DNA of 64,000 nucleotides from Styela clava (taxonomy: Eukaryota): the NCBI RefSeq assembly GCF_964204865.1, contig NC_135254.1, forward strand, positions 14,942,001-15,006,000, written 5' to 3'. The notes beneath the pieces are model-generated. The model saw nothing but the letters and a program-made list of their open reading frames with translations. It searched no databases and was not told the DNA's origin. Shown here piece after piece: positions 53,792 through 64,000 of the stretch. Position 1 is the stretch's first letter, and every line of letters begins with the position of its first letter. Position numbers and translations under genes: made by a program.

Positions 53792-55149
53792 GATCTCACT
53801 CAAAAAAACTTTGCCAATCACTCTTATAGAACATAGTACCAGCTGCTATATTATGCAGGCAACTTTGTGAAAAGGATCAGCGCTTGTTTATCACATGATC
53901 AATAGAGTAATCGTAGTGTATGATTTTGATAAGTCGCTCTTTGAGTCGTGTGCTAACACAGCGAGATATCGTTAGCCTAGTCAGCTTTGTATTACCCAGT
54001 ATGCCATTGAACCTGCCATTGAACCAGTCTGCCATTGAACCTGACCTGAAGGTAAAGTAAGAAAGGAAGGTTTATTTTATCAAATAAACATCAAACTAAG
54101 TAACAAACTCACATGTATAAGATCGAACTCATTTATTAACAAAAAGCAAGTCACTTATTTTCTATGTCCAATTGCTACTTTGTTGTCAACAAATGTCTGG
54201 ACGACAGCCTCTTTCACCTCGCTTGTCAGAAATTTCTTTTTGATGCTTATCAAAGATAAATTGACAGGCGCTAATTTGACATCGAAGACTTCAAATATGT
54301 TTTTGTTCTTGAAAACTTTGAGAAAGATCGTTCGCAACTAGCAATTGAGTAGCCAATACTGAGTAAAAAACAATATGGAATGCACAAAGTTGGAAAAACA
54401 TCTCAGGCAAGCTCAACCATTAAAGCAAGAAAATCGTTAGCATTTTCTAATGAGATAAGATTTACATATTTTCTTTTAAAAAATTATGTTTCCACGTAGA
54501 CGTTTCAGCAGCCGCACATACAAATTTTCTGGTATGATTGTAAACATTACCTCGTTTTCGCATGTTATTAGTTAGTTTTTGGTCGTGTTCCGGAAATTTC
54601 AGTACGAATCAAATAAATCAATGATAATTCTGTTTTCTTATATAATTTAATTGCCGTAATCAAAAATTATTCTAGAAATAGATGTGATAGAAACTTTCTA
54701 ACAGTACTTTTAATAACAGGGTTGAGTATTTTGAAATACAATGGTTGTATAAAACATTCAAACCAGTTTAAGACGCTAACTCGTGAAACCACTCTTAAAA
54801 TAGGCGCCAAAAATGTGGCAGTTGTAAAATATAGGAAGAATTTTTTTCGTATCAAGGGTCGGGAAAACATCCATCGTTGACTCAACATCACCACAGTCAT
54901 TCAAACAAAACTAAACACATAATGTCAGCATTTAATCAAATAAAAACATATCGAGAAAACCATGTGTAATAACGTAAACCTTACAGCTGGGCTCTGCTGG
55001 CCCCTCTAAGCACGCCACTACATAGAGCCAACGGAACCTTTTGAAAAAACTATAATAATAGTCCAGTGCCAACAACAACGTTTAATCAATGAAAACAATT
55101 GGACCAGTAGTCAAAGAGGAACGAGATTTTTTACAATAACAACAATAAG

Positions 55150-58100
55150 ATATTAGAACTCGTTCTCGCCTGAAAAGTTATAACACACTAAGAAGTAAAA
55201 AAATGAGTTAAACGTACATTTATGCTTTGACAAACTGCGCTAGTTACTGTTGTTTTGGGTATTTTGTGTGTAGTTTCAGTATTTGAAAAAAGATGGTCTA
55301 ATTTTATTTCCTCGCTATATGGAATAGATTAGGTACTGGCACAAAATAAAGTGTATTTCAACCCTAGTTTCAAAATTTTCAGAAATTATCAATGTTGCTG
55401 AAATATTATTCAAACATACTGCGTTCAAGACCTACTGTACAGTTTGCCAGTCTCAATGCCTTCATATAACTAGCAGGCTATCTAAGAGTAAAACACGGGA
55501 GACACTCTTACCCTTTCTTTAGTCTTTATGTTCCCCTTGCTATGTCATTAACAGGCTGTACTTTGGGTTCTACAAATTAAAATTTCGAGTCTTTCAAACT
55601 AACTCAATTATGTGTGAACAGTAAACTCATAAACCCCAATTCCTGTTTTATAGAAATAATTTGATGAATATTGCTTCAGTTTATTTGTAACCTTTTCAAA
55701 TGGAATTTTTTGAAACTGAAATGACTTTCTGAAATTTTGCGATATTCTAAAATCTAGATCTAAAGCTCTCAGGCAAAAGTGTGTCATAGCTCAAGTATAC
55801 GATCACAACACTCTTATCTTATTTAATGATTGACAAATTTTTGTATCACTTGAAAAATAAAGCAAACGTGATCATGATATAGCAGAATACTTGTTTTCCC
55901 CTTTATGAACACTAGCACATATACTACATACTATTACCTCATTACCGTCTGAAAATATAACCCTTATCATTTATTGACGTCTAGTTACGTTGGTGAATTT
56001 AAAATCTCGTGACCATAATCTCATCTTTTTCACGGATATGCCGCATGATTTTCGCGTGAAATTTTGCCACGCTACGTAACCTTTAGTGCATTCAATTTGA
56101 ATTTTGTTATCATTATTTTTATGCAAAAAAAATTTGTTGTGAGTTTTGTAGGAACTCTCAGGGTTATTTTTGAAAGAGTTATCCTGCATATACGTTCATC
56201 TAGCGATACTTAAGACATTAATGTAGGATTACTTCATCACATTTTATGGTTTGCTGAACAACGCTGTCGAGTAGAGTTTATCGACCCTCGTGGTATGAAG
56301 ACTTTCTCCCATTGACGCATGCTTTTAACCACTAGAGCAGCAATCATGTGAGAATATGATTTTTATCATAAAAATCGTACATATAAATAGAGAAAAAATC
56401 TTCTTTACCGTATGCATCTGCAGATACCCAGGGTGTCGCATTTATGCATTTATTTGCTAACAGGTTTTTGGATAGTATTTCATTACTATAGTATTTTTGA
56501 AAGGGTATTTGCCAATTTAGCCAATAAATTAATGTCAATTTTTCCAAATCTGTTTTTGATGTATATCGAAAGATTCAACTTCAATTCCAGTGATTAGTCA
56601 TGGAAGAGTCGCAAACAACTACAGACGAAAATCAGAGCATATTCTAATTGCGTATTTCTCACGTCTGTTACATGCTGAGATTTCGATAGGGACCATTAAA
56701 TCTGTGCAGATGCTTCATATTATGTTCTTTTCTCTGAACATGTCGCTTCAAATCAGCCGTATACACGCATCAAGCTCCAACATTTGAAAAAAAGGCAACT
56801 GGGCCTAATGCTTGAATGCACAATTGTCAAGATATCTTTTTTAACACCGATATACAAGTTGTGGGTTGGCCAGTAACGCCAAAAGTTCAATATATCCAAC
56901 ATTACATATAAATTTTTTGCTGAATAGTTTTTGTTCACAGGACAAATGATCATACATTACATTCATTTCAACTAAACAAATTAAACGTCTATTAACAAAT
57001 AAAAAATTTGCATTGAAATTGTTGGGCCTTGAAACATTTTTCATTGTACTATTTGGGCCTCTCTTAAAAAACTTTGCAGATCACTGTTGTATACCATAGT
57101 ACCAGCTGCTATATGCAGGCAACTTTGTGGAAATTATCAGCGCTTGTTTTTGCACATGATCACTGATCAATAGAGTAATCAGGCCGTAAATTTTACTCGT
57201 GTATAATTTTGATGAGTCGAGTCGGTATGTCGATATCTCAGCCAGCTCTGAATTACCCAGTCTGCCATTGGACCTGACATTCGAGGATATGTTAAGGCGC
57301 AGCAGAGAATACACTCATCTCAGTTTTATTTAAATGTGTAAAAAAATACAATGAAAAACGCGCAGGTTGATTGACTTTACTTAGTCCAGCCCGCCACAGC
57401 ATTTTAAATTTGCAATGTGGACCCATATCTCAATTGTATTGCCCACTGAACAGCCTTCCAGCGCTATGTTGTAGATGGAATATGTTGAAATTGGGCATAA
57501 CATCATAAGACTGGTAGAATACATTGTCTGGGTTTCATGTTTATTAGAGATGACGTCATCAATGACTTTTTGAAATAATAAAAAATTAGTAGGTTTCGAG
57601 GCGCCAACATTAATCGTTCACCACTGTTACGCAATTGGTCCTGTAGAAAAGAAGCGTTTTTTCACAATAACAACAAGAAGAATACCAAGAAAAAATATTT
57701 ATATATATTTATTAGAGCTCGTTCTCGCTTGGAAAGTATCACATACTCAAAGATGAAAAAAATGATGAAACGTACCTTTATACTTTGACAAACTGCGCCA
57801 GATATTGTTGTTTTGGGTACTTGTGTGATGTGTAATTTCAGTATTTGAAAAAATATGGTCTAATTTCATTTCTTCGCTATACGGAATAGATTAAATACTG
57901 GCACAAAATAAAGTGTATTTCAACCCTAGTTTCAAAATTTTCAGAGATTATCAATGTTGCTGAAATATTATTCAAACATACTGTGTGTTAAGGCCTACTG
58001 TACAGTTTGCCAGTCCCCAATGCTTCTATATAAGTAGAAGGCGATCCCAAAGTAAAACACGGGACATACTTTTACTCTTTAGTCTTCAGTGTTCCCCGTG

Positions 58101-59050
58101 CTATGTCAACAACAGGTTGTACAAATTTATTCTGGGCTCAACAAATTACAATTTTGAGTCTTTCAAACTAACTCAATTATGTGTGAAACGTAAACCACTA
58201 AACCCCAATTTCTGTTTTATAGAACTAATTTGGTGAATATTACTTCAGTTTGTTTGTAATATTTTCGAATGGTATTTCGAATGATATAGATATAAAGTTC
58301 AGGCGAAAGTGTGTCATAGTTCAAATGTACGATCACACCACTCACCTGTAAAAATAAAGCAAACGTGATTGTGATATATCAGAATACTTGCTTTGCACTT
58401 TATGAACCTGAATGGCATATACTACATACTATTACCTTATTACCGGCTCAAAATATAACCTCTAACATTTATTGACGTCTAGTTACGTTGGTGAATTTAA
58501 GATCTCTTGACCATGATCTCATATTTATCACGAATATGCCGCATGATGTTCGCGTGAAATTTGGCCACGCTACGTAACCTTTAGTGCATTCAATTTGCAT
58601 TTTGTTATCATTATTTTTACGCAATGAGAATTTTGTAGGAACTCTCAGAGTTATTTTTGAAAAGAATTATCCTATTTACTTTTACAAATCGGTTAATAAT
58701 AAATAGTTGAATCTCCAGCGGACATCAATGTAGAATTACTTGATCAATTTTTATGGTTTGCAGAACAACGCTGTCGAGTACAATTTATCGGTAAATCTAC
58801 TCTCGTGGTGTGAAGACTTTCTACTCTTGGCGCATGCGTTTAACAACTAGAGCGACAATCATGTGAGAATATGATTTTCATCATAAAATCGTACATATAA
58901 ATAGAGAAAAATTCTTCTTTACCGTATGCATCTGCAGATACCCAGGGTGTCGCATTTATTTGCTAACAGATTTTCGGATAGTATGTCATTACTATAGTAT
59001 TTTTGAAAGGGTATTTGCCAATCTAGCTAACGAATTGATGTTAATTTTTC
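55150..59050 (+). repeat. Direct duplication of the MOXD1 upstream region (~55150-56545 vs ~57715-59050)
   Basis: Long colinear identity, e.g. CAACCCTAGTTTCAAAATTTTCAGA, TTGACGTCTAGTTACGTTGGTGAATTTAA, CATATAAATAGAGAAAAA, GCAGATACCCAGGGTGTCGC. Also 53802-54045 vs 57066-57280. Confidence 0.9.
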
Positions 59051-59083
59051 CGAATAAATATATATTCTACATTGTAGCATAAA

Positions 59084-62000
59084 ATGGTACAGATAATGCT
59101 TTTTTATACATGTATTGCGTTATTGGCGGCGTCGAGTGTAGAGTGTCAAATGAGTCCAAGTGAAAGTTATACACATTCTTCAACGCTGCGATCTGGGAAT
59201 ATTCTATTATATTGGAAATTTGATGACATTTATATTACTTTCGAGGTAAGTATCATTGAAATTGAATCTAAACTTAAATTTAATAAAGTACTCTCAATTC
59301 AAGAGTACTTTTTTACCCTTGAACTCAATATTTGTGTGATTCTTTCAATTGAAACTAATCTGTCGTTTATCCACAATAATGACCAGGAATCATATTTTGT
59401 TCGTCACCAATTAATGTTTTGCAGGTGATTGGACAGACAACGGGATGGATTGGGATCGGATTTTCACCAAACGGAGCTATGACAGCATCTGATATTATTG
59501 TAGGATGGGTAAAAAATGGAATCCCCACAGTGACGGTAATACATATTTTCATAAATTGGATTTTTGTGCTTCACTAAAAACACTTCTTCATATCTCTATT
59601 CTGTTTTCAAATGATAGGAGGACTATCTGTCATCGCGCCGAAGTAGATTAGTTTTTACACAATTCTCTTTTGCAGGACAGACATGGAGGCTCATCTAACA
59701 TTTACCCACCTCTTGATCCTGAACAAAATATTGAAGTACTGGGAGGTGCAGAATCAAATGGGTGGACAATGTACAAATTTTCACGTCAGATTGCTGCCTG
59801 CGAGAGTGATTACGATAGAGAAATCACGGTATACATACTAATTCATATATTTTTTTCAAAATTGAAACAGATACAAGTTGTTTTGTTTTAAAATGTAGTC
59901 AAACACGGAAAAATTAATTTGGGCGTATGGAGACACTGATCCAACAGGAGACGATCTTGCCTCAGGTGATTACCATGGAACCAAAAGAGGTAATTTCTTT
60001 ACTTGAATATTTGACTGAATGTTTACAGAACGGATAGCGCGGATATGGCGTATAATTCACTCATAATATAAGAAGTGATTTAAAATGAATTGCATTTCAT
60101 AATGTTTTTCTCGTTATATTTTCAACTTTGTCCCAGTTTTCCCTTTGATTCACGATCAATTGAACAGATCGGTTTATTGATTCCGGACTTTAAACTATAC
60201 TTTCTTCTATGAAATTACGTAAAGCCGCAAATTGTGGATGATATATAGATTACAAAAGATTGTGCGATGCCATAAAAACAATAAAAAATACGCGTGCGAG
60301 AATGGGACGAGTTTGGACAAAAATGTGGGGTGATGCGAATGCTTAGTCATAGTGACACATTATTACTTATCGATCTTTAGATCGTTAAGTTTGTTGATAG
60401 GTGTTTGTCTGTTTGTCTGTCTGTTTGTCTGTCTGTTAGATGCACGCGATATCTCACGAAGGCGTGGTTGAATCTGCCAAATTTTGCATGTGAGTTTATC
60501 ATATCTCGGACCAGAAGCGTATTGATTTTAGATGAATTATGTCGAATGATTAGCGAGTTTTAATTAATTAGTGATAGGACACGCGGTGTCACTATAGAGT
60601 CATGAATCGAAACCGCATTTCGATCGATAAGTCTTCGGTCTACGACCAATATTCTCGTTATTATTTCGGGCGTAAAAACAAAAAAATGCATCAACCACAT
60701 ATAGACAAACATATCATAAGCCCATATATTTCAAGGATCCAAAAAAAAAGCATTCATAAATAGCAGAAGTAACGAAAATCATCAAATGACATTATAATCT
60801 AAATAATTCAAGAACTTAGTCCGAAATCTGTTGTGAAAAAACAATTACCATTTATTGTAGACTAAAATTGACACCTCTAATGCAAAAATCTCTGCGAGAG
60901 ATGCTTGAATAAATCCGGAATTTATTTGTATTCACCAAAGCTAATAACACATGATTAATATTTGTTGTTAAACTCCCAACTTATACTGAATGTAATTATT
61001 CCACTTCAGGGGTTGAAAGCATGTATTTTCTGCAATCTTCTGGAGATCCAACCGGCCTTCCAGTCGGGCCTGAATATAACACATTTGAAGTTAGTGCATC
61101 AGAATTTACCATCCCATCAGAGGATACATACTACAATTGCAAACTTTTCAAGCTTCCGGACTTTGGTGGGAAACAACATGTTGTTAAGGTATTACAGCCA
61201 TTACATTGGACATTAACGTATTATCACCTAACTACTTTGGTATCGCAAAAGCCTTGGTTTATAAAATGTAAATTTAAACATGAGGTTATTATCTTCCAGA
61301 ATATGCACGACAAACTACAAGCTACAAAAGACAAACTATCTTGACATTTTTTTATATATTTTATGTTCACTCAGTGTTCAATCTTTCAATGCATCAAACC
61401 TATAAATCTTATAACTTTCTTTGCGCGACTTTTTCTCCAAGTTTTATTAATAACAGTTGTTCATATTGAGTTGTCACGATTTACTTGTAGAATGGCAAGC
61501 GTTATTTTTGTCAACTTTTATCGCTGTTGTTTGATACATTTTTGTACGTCATGAGTTTTTTGTTTCACACTACAGTGGGAACCGATCATCCAAACTGGAA
61601 ATGAACTTTACGTACATCACATGATTGTTTACACTTGTGGAGACATACAGGCGGTGATTTATTCTTTCATTTGAAATTTTTAGATTCCCTTTTCAAGTGA
61701 AACAATGAGCGATATAAAACATATTGATACAATACTTTGATCCTCTTTATTGAGCAAACGGTGTTTATGCAATTTTCCTCAGTTACCTTCTCTACAGTGA
61801 CGGATACTAATTTTTTCCACCTGGGCAATACCATTGACAAATTATTTTATAAGTTATGATAATAATTTAACCCAATACAATTTTGTCCATTGTATGGATG
61901 ATATGAATATAATATTTTATAATAATAATAATACTTCTTACAAATCTTTTCGAAATTAATTTCAGAACGAATCAGAATTGGAACAAAACACCCGTTGTTA

Positions 62001-63875
62001 CACATCAAATATGGCTCTTCTTTCCACTTGCACTGTTATCATTCTCGAATGGGCAGTTGGAGCAGAAGTAACATTTTTACTGTTTGGTAATTTTCTACAG
62101 GCAGTCAGATTGCTGAACGCTTTTTATTTACTCAGCAAAAAAAACGATTTAAAAATCTGAAATACTCAAATATATATATTTCATTTCTCATTTTCCTATA
62201 GTTGCAACGATATTAATCACCCTTTACATATACGCACCATGCATATATATTGTAATTTTTATTTGTCTTGTGTTCGTAACTATAAGTAATAAACTTTGTT
62301 TTTCATAAAAATATTAGGTGGGGTAACATGTGGTGTATAATTCAATTAGTCTCTGTTTTCGATATATTCACTCCAAAAATATTCAACCACAAAGACAAAT
62401 TTTTAATCGGCCCATTTTCAGAAAATGATATACCCAGAAGAAGCTGGACTATCTGTGGGCGGACCGGGAGATTCAAAGTACGTACAGTTGGAAACACACT
62501 ACGATAATCCGAATGTGGATTCTGGTAAGTTTATTTGTCATTAAATGAGTATCAAAAACGAAATTTAATAATATTATATAGACTTTTGAAATGACAGTTG
62601 AACTGAAAAAAAATGGAAAACGTAATAATGTTTTAATTACATATTTTCACTATTTGACTTGTGTCTGTTCTGCATTGCCTACAAAGTGGGGCGAAACAAG
62701 TTTGATCCTATTTAAAAAACGATTTTACTTTCGAGACAAAAAACTTTATTCGATGGAGAATACTATATTGAAATGATTATCTGAACATTCTGAATGATAT
62801 TGGCATGATATGTACTTTATTGCCAAGTCCACTCAAAAAGATTTGTGAGTATTTTAGAAATTTAGATTATACTTCATTATTTCTAATGTTATTTCAGACT
62901 AAGAAATATATTTGTTGCACCACGGCTCATAAATCACTTAGTTAGAGTTTCTACTTTTATTTGTCGTAACGGTAACGGCAGTTTAATTTTTAGGAGTACT
63001 TGACAGTTCTGGAATCCGATTTACTTACACTTCAACATTGAGAAAATATGAAATTGGCGTCATTCAAATTGGAACTCTTACTAATGGTCTTCAGCATTTC
63101 ATTCCTCCGGGCGCCGAAAGTTTCAATAGCATGGGGCATTGCACAGACGCATGCATCACAAATGTAAGTTACCAAGTTTAACAATAAGAATCTACCGCTA
63201 GGCTAATATTCATTTTATTGTTTTAAATAAGACAAAAAATGTATGCATTCAGATACTTCTCCATATCAATTGATCCAAATATTTGATTTTTTTTAGAGAA
63301 TGGCGGCATCTGGTCTGAACAACGTTACTGTGTTTAGTGTTGTTCTGCATTCTCATCTTGTTGGGAAAAAATTAAGACTGAGACACATGAGGTAGAGTAG
63401 TTGGAATTTTTGGAAAAATCAGACCAATTCCCCTGCTAATGACTAATTCGCGAAGTCCATATATTTTGGAAAGGGATTGAGTAGGCTATAGTACCAAGCG
63501 GTTGTTAATTTCGATTTTTCTTTATTCATTGTGTCAGAAAGAAAGTAGATCAGAACATTTCAGAAGAAACCACCCTCTTTTGAACCATATCTAATGCAAC
63601 TTGATATTACATCGATAAAGTCCAAAATTTTGAATTTCATAATATTCACTATATATATATAAATATATAAGAAATCAATAAAAAAATCCATGTCAATGAA
63701 TGCAAACGTTTTGTGTAGAGATGGCGTTGAACTTCCGTACTTAGGCAATGATGAGAATTACGATTTCAATTATCAAGAAGCACGATACTTCAATCCAGGA
63801 GTTATCATGAAAAATACTGACTATTTCCAAATGGAGTGTGATTATAACACTAAGTCTCGAACTGTGATGACGGAG
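59084..63875 (+). CDS. MOXD1: DBH-like monooxygenase (MOXD1-like), continues past the window end; exons 59084-59245, 59425-59535, 59676-59828, 59899-59989, 61010-61188, 61576-61653, 61966-62067, 62422-62524, 62994-63163, 63297-63391, 63719-63875
   Basis: Signal peptide; DOMON motif GWIGIGFSPNGAMTASDIIVGWV; Cu type II monooxygenase motifs YVHHM, EWAVGA, QLETHYDNP, LHSHL, YDFNYQ; compatible GT-AG phases. The symbol is family-level only; orthology was not tested. Confidence 0.85.
60360..60659 (+). mobile_element. HINE/DINE-1-like element, copy 6, in MOXD1 intron 4
   Basis: Full-length, expanded (GTCT/GTTT)n tract, short 3' subtype like copy 2. Confidence 0.75.
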
Positions 63876-64000
63876 GTTTGTTATTTTGGGAATCAGCCAT
63901 TTATGCTAATCATTCTTCATATATCTATTCTCCATATACCCCAACATAAAAAACAAAGGTTAAGTGCAAACTCTTATCTTTTTTTTATCCGTTCTCATAT

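Larger units (their letters stand above)
51014..53823. mobile_element. Older Charlie-like MITE split by the 51311-53791 insertion
   Basis: Left end CAGTGGTCG, right end TTTGCCAATCACTC, imperfect flanks TTACAGAC/TTATAGAA. An uninterrupted homologue of its right part lies at ~56950-57086. Confidence 0.45.

Noticed and set aside
54002-54043. (TGCCATTGAACC)x3
   Set aside because: Simple local duplication; single copy in the paralogous block at ~57263.

Overview
AT-rich, intron-containing eukaryotic (marine invertebrate-like) DNA. The compact introns, gene families and repeat types suggest a tunicate/ascidian, but this is inference. From left to right: (1) a transposon-rich 5.7 kb, including a hAT-type element with a perfect 8-bp TSD; (2) a ~3.3-kb uninterrupted exon encoding a GlnE/GlnD-like (DUF294 + DUF294_C-type) nucleotidyltransferase fused to TPR-like helical repeats, the best candidate for an uncharacterised system; (3) three tandem two-exon GT10 alpha-1,3/4-fucosyltransferase paralogues with putative tiny ATG-bearing first exons, with a decayed RT+RNase H LINE between paralogues 2 and 3; (4) a 13-exon minus-strand LRR single-pass receptor (about 722 aa, two LRR cassettes, tyrosine/PDZ-motif tail, no TIR) with a possible short alternative isoform; (5) a Charlie-like hAT relic; (6) a 5'-truncated MOXD1/DBH-like copper monooxygenase copy fused to a DINE-1/Helentron-like repeat; (7) a nested hAT element carrying a 76-bp tandem array; (8) a duplicated promoter region; (9) an apparently intact MOXD1-like gene running off the right end. 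At least six ~290-bp DINE-1/HINE-like elements are scattered through the window. No rRNA, tRNA or CRISPR was seen. All exon models were read by eye from GT-AG sites and reading frame; no database searches were run.
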